64,000 bases of DNA from assembly GCF_026210795.1 (NCBI RefSeq), contig NC_089429.1, forward strand, positions 1 through 64,000. The letters are read 5' to 3'. The position numbers and the translations under genes are program-made. The notes beneath the pieces were generated by a model. That model ran no database searches. It was given only the letters and a program-made list of their open reading frames with translations, and was not told the DNA's origin. The DNA is from Rhizophagus irregularis. Its lineage: Eukaryota. Shown here piece by piece: positions 46,601-59,213 of this stretch (its first letter is position 1; each line of letters begins with the position of its first letter).

Positions 46601-49051
46601 TATGCAAGAATATAAATAAATATTAAATTATATATTACATAAGGTAGGATCTTATCGATATCATTTTTACATTATCCATTCGGTAATCAAGAAAGAATTT
46701 TAGAATTCTCATTTGGCTTTGTTGCATAACTAGCAATAAGACTGCCAAGAATTCTTGTTTAACCAACAAAAAAAAATCATATCTTTTTTTTTATAAGATT
46801 TTTGTAATTTATTGGTTCAAATTAATTGATTATAAAGTTCAATACATTATGAATCTTTTTTTGGTTGCTATTGTTTTTTTCTTTTTTTGCTCTCTATAAA
46901 TATTAAGTGTTGCTAATTTTGTTACTAAATTTTATTTCTGTCTTTTCAGATTATGGTTCCGGTGATATTTTTATTATCATTAAAGAATTGTTATTAATGT
47001 TACACGTGCATCTGACACAATACATTAACAAGAGGGCCTTAAGTAATCCTTGTTTCTATACTTAAATCGCAAAAAATATATATTTAAAGGATTTAGTTAT
47101 CATTGTTCGACATATGAAGATCACATGACAATATGCGCGTTGCGTCATTGAAATTTTTGCAAATAACAAGATAAAGATAAAAAAAGGGAAATTTTTTTTT
47201 TCTTTTCGCTCCGGATTCCATTTCCTAGTTATTTAGACTATATATGTTTATGAATATAGGGTTTCCGGTTATTGTCATGGCTATACAAAAAAAACTTTTT
47301 TCGATGAAATAGTTTTTCATTGATTGATTAAGAGAACCTACATTGATTAAAAATCTTTCAAATTTCAAAATGATTGTCTAAAAAAGTTCTTTTACTTTAA
47401 TAATTTCACCTGTATATGCATTAAAACATTTTATCCACTCTATTTTTTTTCATTAGGCTTTGTTGCATATCTAACATTGAAAATTGTGTTTACAATGATA
47501 CCAAAAACGTTATGCAAAATGACAAAATGACGAAATTAGAAATGATGTAGATCGGAATGAAATACAGTATATATCCGTATCACATATGGCAGCAATGGCA
47601 CAGTCGCGTTTTTAGGAATAACTCGAAGAAAAAAAAATATATATATCAATAAAAGTGATTTAAAAATTCTAAAAGAGTTATCATATTTAGTTCTTTACAT
47701 ATAAAAAAGTAATGATATAGAAAAAAAAAAATTTTTTATTTATATTTTAAAAATAAAACAATTAAGTTTAATGTCATTATTTATTTTTAAGTTTTTGAAC
47801 AAATAATAAAAAGAAAAAACGATTGAAACTTCTAAAAAAGTTAAAAATCCTTTCATTTCGGAGTTCACGTTAAAAGAACTCCACAACATTGTTACAAAAA
47901 TAGAATTAAAAGGTGTTATTTTTTTTTCTTTTCTATTCGAATGTCCAAAAAAATCTTGATTAAATAAATTCGGAATATACCCTAAAAAAAATGTGATATA
48001 AGATTGTTTTCATTCCCCTATTTTTTAAAATTCTAACACAATAAAATAAACCAGTGACACATGAAATCTTGTGAAATTGAACTAATAAACGGGAATTCCG
48101 TCAAGAATGCAACCTTGGAAAAAAGAATTTTTTTTTTATCGTCTCATTCTTTATGTATAGATAAAACATAAAATAATTTTATTAGTGGATACGAATTTTA
48201 TATAATGAATTAATGGTACAGCATATTTGTAATACGATCAACATCATTTACGGTAAATGACGTTTTTGGTATCATTAACTATAAACATAAATAATTTCTA
48301 TTGTTTCATTCCTTCGGTGTTATTGATGCAGCATTATTATTAGTTGTGCAAATGAAATTTCTAAATTCAAATTTTTCCTTGATTACTAAAATATTGATAT
48401 TTATAATATTATTAAAATGAGATTGTAAATATACAAAAATGTTTAAATTTACGGCCCAAATATCCGAAAGAACATAATCTTATTAATGTATCACATCAAA
48501 TTACGTACATAAATGGGATTTAACAAAAATCAATGAGTTTACTTTTTCAAAAGAAAAAAAATGCATGTATTTTAATTTTCAATTTTATTTTTTATTTTTG
48601 AATCTTCAATGTAATTTTGTAATAAATAAAATTAGACAATTATGTTTTTCAAATTATAAAATTCAAATTTTAATTGTAACGGTTTCTCTTAATTATGAAT
48701 GTTTTAAATAATTTTACTTGTTTAAATTGACCTGACACAATTTTAAAATTAACATGTGGTTAACAGGGACATAATTTTATTTTATTTCATTATAAATTCC
48801 ATTAAGTACGAGACTTTTTTAATATAAATTCTGCTACAGTACACATTACAAGTAGAAAAATTTTCATAATGTAGAAGATAGAATTAAAAATTCGTGGTAA
48901 TAAAAGATCCGTCCTCGATAATAAAATTAAAATGTATTTTTGTTATTGCATTATATTCTCGAATTTGTTAGGGGGATATTAAGGCATGCTCTATGTAACA
49001 AATAAATCATCTATACCCCAACAAACAAACCAACGTTGTACAATAGTATAT

Positions 49052-49489
49052 TTAAAAGTTTGCCGCACCATTTTCACCGTTACCCTGAACCATTGTATAT
49101 GGGTCAAGAACAGGATGGCTGCCACAAGTAAGTTGAAGATCGCTAAATGTATGATTGAAAGGACGAGTAGAACCATCCTTATTAATTTGTACATTTAATC
49201 CCTTTGTGAGATCAAAGATGACTTTATTGTTTTTAACAATCGTAAAATTGTAATGACAACCATGTCGGAAACCTTTAGAGAAAGCGCCAAAAACGGTAGT
49301 TCTGCCGTCTTCGTGTTGAAAATACGTAACGGTACCTCTGAAAGGACCTGAGAGGTGAGTACTGTTAAAATTCGCAAACGCCGTTGTGCACTCACACCAC
49401 CTTTTATTAAGGGTGGGTGAGGCGGAAGAGATGGTAACAGTGAATAAGAAAATATAGGCTAAAAAAGTCAAATACAAAAGTTTGTTCAT
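49052..49489 (-). CDS. Small secreted protein, possibly Cu/Zn-SOD-like beta-sandwich without the metal ligands
   Basis: Signal peptide MNKLLYLTFLAYIFLFTVTISSA, Kex2-like NKR, 4 Cys, and the pattern RGTVTYFQ..GRTTVFGAFSKG..YNFTI. Confidence 0.75.
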   Translation of the reverse strand: MNKLLYLTFLAYIFLFTVTISSASPTLNKRWCECTTAFANFNSTHLSGPFRGTVTYFQHEDGRTTVFGAFSKGFRHGCHYNFTIVKNNKVIFDLTKGLNVQINKDGSTRPFNHTFSDLQLTCGSHPVLDPYTMVQGNGENGAANF

Positions 49490-50190
49490 TATGAAATGAT
49501 TTTTTTGAAGAAGAAATTTTATTCTTTAAAATAAATATTTTGTTCGATGAGGATATGAAGATGAAAATTTTCACCCTTTTTATATCTTCAAACAATCCGT
49601 GAGATCATTAATGATAATGCATAATATGCGTCTTGCGTCCTTAATTCTTTTATTGAATCTTTTACTTTTAGCAATTGGTCTAGAAATTTGGGGTCCATAA
49701 ATATATTTAATAATAATAGGGAAGGAAATTCTAAAAATAACGATTGTAGGTTCCACTTTTGCTTTACCCGCATAAAATGTGATTATATCGAACTGGTTTG
49801 AGCAACACATGTCGATCCTACTATCACATACATGATTTGCATTTCCAGATATGTTTGTAAGGTAAAAATTGTCAAAAACCGGTTTAAACCCAGTTCCAAA
49901 CTATGCCAAGAAAACTTTTGCCAGAATAAATCTATAATATTAAATCAATGAAAGTCCTTTTTCTTTATTTTAGGGTCTTTTAATGTTTGCATCCCATGGG
50001 AGGACACAATATAACCACTTTTGGAGGAAATTAAACCATATCACGATTAGTAAAAAATTTTTTTATTCATTGCTTTCACGGACGGAATACAGGTAAAATT
50101 ACCGAAATTTCCATTTGATTTGAATTTAAGATTATATAAATTCATGCATCATCTCAAGCCCTCACTGAGTTGTCAAGGCATTCCTCCAAT

Positions 50191-53100
50191 ATGAAATTAA
50201 ATTTACTTTTATCAATTTTATCAATAATTTTATTTTCAACCTTAGTAACTTCAGATTCTAATATAACATATACGGAAAATGTAAATAACACTCAACTTCT
50301 AGTATATAAGTTAATAAATTATGAAGATAATACGGTAGTTGCTCAAATACTTCGTATAAATAATAAAATTGATACAAGTTATGGGAGACTTGGATACTTA
50401 GATAATTATTTATCACTACGCATTTTTTATCCCAATGGAACTATTAAACCAATCGATCTTTCGATCGATGATTTGAAAATACAGCCTTTGAATTTTCATA
50501 TTTTCTCATATAATAAGGTTGAACCTGGCCTTGGAATTCGATGCCCTATTGAAATTTACGCCGTGAAAAGTAATTTTATATTAGTAACTTATATAGTGGC
50601 TGAGGATGCAAACAATTCTTCAACGTATTATGAATGGGCATTGACACTCGACTTTAATGGAAATATCCGCAGGTTAGGGAAAACTGATATAACCTTTTGG
50701 AAGGAAATGAAGCATATAATGTACTTTCTTTTATTTTTCTTTTTATAGTAATTTTAAACTGGGTCCTAGTTTCCTTGACGCGAAATATGGTAATATATGG
50801 CTACCAAACGTTGCTCAATATATACCAAATGCTGATAATGAGAAGGGATTTCTACGTTCAGCATCTAAGGGTATTAGCGATGTTAACTTGCAGCAATTGA
50901 TAATGTAATTTACCATGTTAATAAGAATAAAATAAAAAATTTTAATGTGTAGTTTTAATTTGTAATTTTTTTTTTCTTTTTTATGAAGAACTGAAGATGG
51001 GATAATTAACCAGCTTGCGGAATTGGATATACCTTTTCCAGCAACGAATAATTTAGTTTCAACAATTGCGACATTGGACGGAAATTACGCGATTATTTAT
51101 TCTAATAATACGAATTCAACAACAGACCCTCAGAATCCTCTTCCGACACAAGGAGGAATTTATGCTCAATTCATAGAAATTAAAGAAAATATAGTAAAAT
51201 ATGAACCGGTTGTCCTTTATCAAACTACAATTCCATTAGTTTTTAATTATCTCATCTGTAGTATCAATTATGCAGGAACTGGTCATGTTTGTGTATCAAC
51301 TTTTACTCTAAACAATCAAGACAATTCAACCATTTATTATTTAACAGTACAATTTCTTTCAAGAGGGTCTGTGTTTATTGCCACTGCTTCTAAAACTGGT
51401 CAAATCCAAGGAATCTTACAATATAACGTTAGATCATTACGTTACGGAGGCTTTTTCTTTTGTGGTATACAACAATTAGTTCAAACTAATATTTATGGTT
51501 ATGTTTTGGAGGACAACGGTAATCAGATTCCTTGGAACCTTATAAATCCCACTGTATCAAATATTCGATTCACTCATGTAATTTTACCAAACAACACACT
51601 TGTGTTTCCTCAACCGGAGGGAGGTCAATCTTGGAATTTGATCTTTACTGATTTACCTAAACTTCAAAAAGGTAAAATAACAACTAAAAAAAATTTTTTT
51701 TAGCTTTTCTAACTTTACAAATACTACAAATATCTAGATGCTGGTTATGAGAATATAGTTATCAATGCCACAATTCCAACAATTGGTCAGCTGATTGATG
51801 CAACCACAACTAACTTCCTTATAATCACGTATAATCAACAAATTGATTTAACAAATGGCACAATCACCATTTTCCAAAGTAATGGTTCTGGTCCTGGGAT
51901 TATACGTCAAATCGTTAATGGCATAGAAAATTCAAAATATGTATCATTTATTGATAGTAATACTGTTAATATTACAGTAATTGATAGTACATTTAATAAT
52001 CTTGGTGCAACATACTATGTTAAGATTACAAACGCTTTTGTATCGAGCCACTTCTATTCTGAGCCTCTTTTTGGCTTAAGTCATGATACTTGGCATTTCA
52101 CAACACGTAAGCAGTTTTTCTTCTATGTAAAATGACAATCGAATTTCATTATACAAAATTAATTAATTTTTAATTAGTCGCAAATGAACAAGAAGAAGAA
52201 AGTAAAATAAGTAAAATTAAAGGAAAAATTCAATGGTATATGGATGACATTAGTGGACAAGTCAGACTGAGCCAAGACGGAACCGCTTTTTTTGACGGAC
52301 TTAATCGTAACCAACGAATAGAATTTTTTAATAATTTAACACAAGAAATAGCCAATGCACTTGCTATTACACCGGGACGAATAACTACCTCTTGGAAATT
52401 TCAAATTGACACCTCACTTCCTAACGATCAAAAAAAATATCTTTTATCCATTAATATTAAAAAAGGTAGCCATCCGACGGATAGACGAGTTGATCTCGTC
52501 GTTAAGGATTTAGACACTATGATTAAGAATATGGAGATCACTACTTTAATGTCTGGATATTCTTCAAAATACTTGGATCCAAATTTTGGATATGAAGGCT
52601 TTCGTAAATATTCACTTTTTTTTTTGAAAAAGATTTCTGACGATAATTGATCAAATTAAACATTTTTTTTTTATTAACTTGTAAACAGCTAGATGGATTG
52701 ACGAAAATAGAAATAAAATCATCATAACATTTGCGGGCTTTGTGTTTTTGACTCTGCTTGTCTTTTTGTCTATAATTTATGATAAAAAAAGAGGTCAAAG
52801 TTTTTGTAGTATATTTAGTATATTTCTTTCTGATTTAAAAGATTTAAGAAATGATAAGAATGATCATAAGGTAAAATAAAGTCACTACATTTTAATCGAG
52901 AAAATGAAATGCTAACATGTAACTTAATCTAGGCAAACCATTTAAAAATTTATAAGTATGGACACATTATTGCATCATTTGTGACGGACCTTCTTTTCGC
53001 TACAGTCGACTCTAAAAGTATCCAAAATATTTTTTATGTGAGGTAATTAATTTTTGAACAAAATTAATTCTTATTTTTTAAAAAAATAGAGTTCAAAATA

Positions 53101-53818
53101 CTTACGATAATAAATTTTTTTCCAAGTGTTTTCTTTATAACATTTCCATATATTGTAAGGTTAATATTTTGTATTAGATTTATACTTGAGGAGACAGTCT
53201 CAGAAGTAGTAGTTCCGGTCGATTCAGAAAGAGGAGTACCGACCAATTCAGGAAATGAAGATTCGACCAGTTCAGAAAAAGATTGCATTCAGAAAAATTC
53301 AGGAAATGAAGTTTTGATCAGTTCAGAAATAGATCCAAAACAGAAAAATTCAGGAAATGAAGTAGTTCCGATTAGAATTTGGTTAAAAAATGAAAATGAT
53401 GATAGGTCGAAATATAGAGTTAGAAAAATCATATTAACAGCAATAATAATAATAGCAGGAGTTGATTTTGCAGCTTTAGATATACTTGAATCAAAACATG
53501 AATGGTTTGGATTTAAATTTAATGCGAAGAAATCTGAAAAATCTCAACGTATAATCGATAAGGGAGATTCATTTGTTAACTTTATTGAAGAAATTCCTAA
53601 ACTCGTTATTAAGGTATGTATTTTTTTTTTTGCATAACTTTTTTTTTAAAATCAAAATTCAAATAAATTTATTACTTTTTTTTTATTAATAGGCTTACCT
53701 TTTGAGTCAGGTGGTTAAATTTAGTTACATAACAGTACTTAGTTTAACATTTTCTACTTTTTCTATTATAAAACTCTTTAGAGAATTTCTTATAAAAATA
53801 TTTTATAAGACAGTGTAG
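50191..53818 (+). CDS. Multi-exon secreted/membrane protein: beta-rich ectodomain, Ig-like (Big_5/SbsA-like) segment and C-terminal transmembrane helices
   Basis: Signal peptide MKLNLLLSILSIILFSTLVTS and several ORF blocks joined by GT-AG introns. Ig-like stretch IITYNQQIDLTNGTITIFQ...YYVKITNAFV...WHFTT; hydrophobic C-terminal exons with FIEEIPKLVI; TAG at 53816-53818. Confidence 0.75.
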
Positions 53819-55399
53819 GAATTTTGAAATGAGAGAAATAAAAAAATAATGCAAGTTAATAAAAGAGTTTTTACGTTTTTTATTTAACGCCATCCAATTA
53901 CATTTTCTAAATGTTTTCACAAATAAAAATTCTGGGATTGTTGTTATATTTGCCTTTTAAATATTATCATAAAACTACATTAGTGTTTCAAGAATCTTTC
54001 GTAATCATTTAATGAATCACATCTAATATGAAAATTTGAAAACTTTATTTCAAATATGAAAGTGTCACTGAAAATTCGCTGCGTCACACTGCACCGTCAA
54101 CCTGAGACATGAATTTGAATGTTATGTGTGCTACTGGATATAACGAATCGTCTGTTCTAGAGGATTTAGTTCGGTATATAGTGAATTCGTTATCTAAAAT
54201 ACCGAACCTGTCCTAGATAATTCTGGCCGACTTTATAAGTACCGGCCAGAATTATAATTTCGTATAACATAAAACCAATCATAAATGATAATTCTGGAAA
54301 GCACTATAAATTTGGCCCAAATTAATTTAATATCACATGACCGTTCGGTATAAATAATATCTAGGGTTAGATAAATAAACGGGGGGTCCAACTCAAATGT
54401 TACACAGACTGATCAGTGATCGCCATTCGCCAGAACTGAAGCCATATGTAAATTACTATGTGTTACTATTAAAATTAAATATTACCCCATGTTTAAATTG
54501 AAAGATCTGCCGATAATCAATATAATCTATGAAAAAAAATGATAAATCGGTAATGACGAAATGTGAAACTACACGAAAATATATTTTTTTTTTTGAAATA
54601 TTCTGTCTATATTTTTTAAAATTTTGGATCGGCTGTTTGAAATACCTCAAAAACATATAAAAGTTTATTACACACTTGAAAATAATACATAATAAAAGAA
54701 GAAAAAGCTATTTTAAAATGTTTTACGTAAAAATATTTAGTATATACTTGTTGAAATCTCGAAAAAAAAGGATATAATTTTAACTTTCTATCATAAAAGA
54801 GCAAAAAACATATAAAATTAAGAACAAAGCAACCAGTGATCTAATTTTAATGAAAAAACTTCGCCTATATAGAGCTAGCATATACAATCTTGGCTTCTGG
54901 GATCGGCTGCTTTTCTATGTGTACGTGTTGAAAAAATAAAAAAAAAGTGAAATTTTAATATGAAAATTCGTTTGTGTAACCAATTTATGAGAGTGACAGT
55001 TCTGGTGGTCAATGATTTCAATCAGGAACCTTAATAGATATTCTGATTTACAAATGACAAATGTATAAAATAAAACTTAGATGTTGAATAATATCTTCGA
55101 TTCTTGATTGAGTACTTTAATATTTCCATTTTTTAGTTTCTATTTTACCTTCTTTTGCCACGTCACCTATTTTTGCAATAAAAATAAAAATTAAATAAAC
55201 GTTTAAACAAAAAATTCTTTTTATTTTTAAGTGTCTTTTCTTCTATGATATTATCACTTCAGTTTAACATTCAAATAACTTCATTTCCTGAAAACATTTA
55301 TTCAGTAAAAAATGATTATTATAAGCAACAAGACAACTTTACTAATAAAAATTAGCTAATTTAAAAAATAAAAACAATAAATAAACAAATGTAATAAAT

Positions 55400-55980
55400 A
55401 ATATTTCGGCAAATGTTCATATGACGAAATGGCTTCGGTGAAATGTCCATTCGGCGAAATGCCCTGATACCGCTGAAAGGTAAAAGTTTCAGCCTAAACT
55501 AACCTCCCTTACCTAACCCAAGATACTCCAACGTCTACGTTATCTTTAAGGATAAGTATTTCTGCCTAAACCAACTTCCCTTACCCTAACCCTAATATAC
55601 TCTAACGTCAATGTTATCTTCAAAGATAAGTATTTCAGCCTAAATTAACTTTCCTTACCCTAAGATACCCTACTCCAAAGATGATTGCTTGAGAATATAA
55701 GGAATTTATAGATGTTAATTCAAATTAATAAATCCTGTGCGTGATCATCATTAGATATGTAGATTTTATATGAAAAGTCTAAATGAAAAATTTTAAGGAA
55801 GTAAATTAGTACATATTTAAAATAAAACTAATAAAACTAAAAATTTACACAAATCTATATAAAATTATTTTACACATAAAATTAGATTCACATGAAATCC
55901 ATATTGGATCTTTAAAACTATATCCAATATAGATTTTTACGGTTACGGTACATTTCGCCGAAGCCATTTCGCCGATAGGC
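55400..55980. repeat. Transposon-end-like inverted motifs (TTCGGCGAAATG) flanking three ~70-bp tandem units with CCCTAA-like words
   Basis: GAAATGGCTTCGG(T/C)GAAATG occurs near 55425 and inverted near 55951-55971; tandem units lie at 55480-55680. Confidence 0.5.
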
Positions 55981-56399
55981 ATTGATAGTAAAGTACTATT
56001 AGTTCCGAAGCAAGAGAAATAACGAAAGAATTGGAAACTGACAATACTGTATGTCGTGTCAAATTAGGAATCACTAGGATTCATATTCGCTTTCAGCTTT
56101 TCCTATCTGGTCGAGAGTTTACAATTGTAATTTTTTTACTTTTATTTTATTAATATATAAAAATTTAAATAAGATCACCATTTTCATTTCGGCGATGCAT
56201 TACTTTTGACTATCATTGTATACACGAGTCAAGAAAGTAAATCGTATAAGGTCAAGAATGCAATATTTGCATGATAGAAATATTTATTAATTAAAAAAAA
56301 TTATAGATGTAATTTCTTTACAGCGAAAAAATAAAATAACTAATACATTCACTAATAAATAATTTAACTCAAAAATTCAAAGTGACCAAACTTCATTAG

Positions 56400-56691
56400 T
56401 CAATAGCATGAGTCAGTAAGGGCACTACAATAAAGACCATACGCGCAATCAAAATCAGTTTCACATACTTCATCATAACCACAATCTCTATTGAAGCCAC
56501 CAGGTGTACAACGTTTCATGAGAAGACTAGATCTAACTACAAATGAAAATGTTAAATGCATGAGAAAATAGAAAGATAAAAAAACTATAAATAAAAATAA
56601 TTAATCTCTTACCCTCATGGAGAGGCAATGCATGAACTGTCAGACCATGGATGGTACAAATAAGAATGATAAACAAGAAAATATATTTCAT
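56400..56691 (-). CDS. Small secreted cysteine-rich peptide precursor (71 aa, two exons), absent from the ORF track
   Basis: Exon 56691-56613, GT-AG intron 56612-56537, exon 56536-56400. Translation: MKYIFLFIILICTIHGLTVHALPLHEVRSSLLMKR-CTPGGFNRDCGYDEVCETDFDCAYGLYCSALTDSCY. A TATA-like element lies near 56824-56831. Confidence 0.85.
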
Positions 56692-58678
56692 TGCAAAATA
56701 TTGAGAATTTTTGTTCTGTAATATTTTTTTTTGTTCGGTAATATTTTGTTCGGTAATATTTTGTTCGGTAATATTTTGTTCGGTAATTTTTTTTTGTTCT
56801 GTGTTTTTTTTAATCAGTCCCTGTATATATAAGAAAAAGCAGAATATGAAGACTATATCATTTACAGAAATAAAATGAAATTTTTTATGAGAAAGCCAAT
56901 TTAAAAATTATTATGAACAAAGATCAACTAATTTTTCTACATTTTACAAATGACCAATTTAATACCTAGATAAGTAATTATTTAATTATTATGAACTAAT
57001 TTTTCTCCATTTTACAAATGATCAATTACATGTGATATTTTACAACGTGTTTCGGATTTCAAAAATTATTACGGATCCGTAGATAAGGAAAAAAAAGTAA
57101 TTATTAATTTATTTTCCTTAAAACATGTTCAATATTTCAAGATTTTACCTTCCATGGCCGGTATAAGAACCGTAGCAAAAAAAATGATAGTGAGCGTTAA
57201 AAAGATAGGAAATTTCATTATGCGTGAAATATTTCGATTAAAAGTTTAAAATTGTATTTAATCATTTACTAATATTACAATCTTTTTAAATGGGATATAT
57301 ATATACATATTTTTGGGGATCACTTAAAAATCCTGACACCCATAATATCAACAGTCTATAATCTCGTCACCCAAAATCCCAATAAATGCAAATCCCGATT
57401 GAATCAAAATCCTGACCCTGTCTGAGATTCGATCAGATGAATTTGAGATTATTAGCAACAATAATAATGGTATTTATAGTGATGTTAATGAACAAGCATT
57501 GGATTTAACAGAGACCGGCAAGTATAACCTTTATGGTAATCGGGATGGACCAGTTAATCCAAACTATTGATATATTCACATGGTACACATATGTATAAGA
57601 TGTATGAGAAATGGTGCTTTGATATACGTTAATATGTACAATCTCGTAAATCCATTGGATTCCTATTTTTATACTTCATCAATCACCTATGGTACAATTT
57701 CGCAAATCCCTGTTTAAACGGATAGATTGAGAGTTGACGTGTCTTATGAGCCAATTCCAAAAAATGAAAATCTAACAAGTGCATCCGGGAACTTAAATAC
57801 CTAGAAAGGTAATATGACATCCATTTATATCAAATGTTAAAATGAAATTATATGTTTATTAACTTGTATACTCCACGTAAACTTTAGATACAAAAAATAA
57901 ACTTATCTAGGTAAAGGAGTTATTCGTAATTGTCTTTCTTATTTTGGAGAATATATTGCGTCCAAGAAATTTCTAAATATGTTAACACTACGTCATTACT
58001 TTTATACTACCATCTTATTTGCCGGATACTTAGTCATACCGAAATTATTGTACAATAAGTTTGAGCATTCAACTTACGATCATTGATTTGTAATTACAAA
58101 TTCTCAACTACGAGACCATGACCTGAAGGTCACGATTGCTCTATTTCATTGTTTTCGACGATATAGTGAACACATATATACAGATGGATTATATTATCAA
58201 TAATACTACTATTACTAGTGTCTTATTTCCTGCACTTAAACGAATCACTTTGGAATCCCATCTAAAACTGGATTCATTCCTAAAGAATTTTGTAACATAT
58301 GATATTTTTTGGAAATACATAATTCATGTTTACAAAAAAAAATGTGTACGATTTTCTGGATATCACACCCCCTCGAAGAGGTGAACGAAGAAAAATAGGG
58401 GTTTCTATCAAAGAGGCGGTTTACTTTTCATTTCAATAATAGTAAGTATTTATTGATTCGATAGTTAGTTGGGTATGTGTCCAAGAAATTTTCAAATGCG
58501 CTAACATTATGTCTATTATTCTACGCCAAAAGCAAGAAGCGAAAAAATAATTAACATACTTTTATTGCAAAACAGAAATAACCAAAGGAGGACCACCAGC
58601 TAATGACCATTAAACACAGAAAGAAGATAATATATTGGGAGAAGTGGGTTTATATTGATGTGGGAAGGAAACGTAGTA

Positions 58679-58875
58679 CAGTGACACCTCTCTAAGTGCA
58701 CCCCCCTTGGGACCATAGTAAAAAAATAGTAGAATGTGCACTTAGAGAGGGTGTGCATTTATAGAGAGTAAAATATTAAGAGCTCTTATAAGTTGGGACC
58801 AGGTCCACCGTGCACTTAAAGAGAATTTATATAGTGCGTGCACTTATAGAGGGTGCACTTATAGAGGTGTCACTG
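58679..58875. mobile_element. Tc1/pogo-type MITE (197 bp)
   Basis: TIR CAGTGACACCTCT(C/A)TAAGTGCACCC with TA at both flanks. Confidence 0.88.
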
Positions 58876-59213
58876 TAGTATTGACAAATCTGTTTGTTAT
58901 ATTTGATGATGGGAAGAAAATAATTGTAAATGCCCATGTGCCAAATAAAACTTATATCTCAGTTCAAGTTATGCAAGTGAACAAAAAAAAACCCGATAAT
59001 TATAAGCGCAACCATAATTTAATGCAAACGTACATAACATTTTATACTTTACACATAAATTAAAATTAATACTTGTATTATAGCAATAAAACTAATCATT
59101 CTTACATTAAAAGATTTTTTTTTTTGTTCTACTTTAAAACATTGATATAAAGCCTAAAGCAAACATAACACACCTACAAGAAGACTAAAGCTTGATTCTT
59201 TCAGAGCATATCC

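Noticed and set aside
55480..55680. CCCTAA words suggesting an interstitial telomere
   Set aside because: There are at most two consecutive hexamers, embedded in a longer tandem unit.
57437..57805. Possible decayed secreted-protein gene starting MNLRLLATIIMVFIV
   Set aside because: Multiple stops and frameshifts and no recognisable family; too weak to call.
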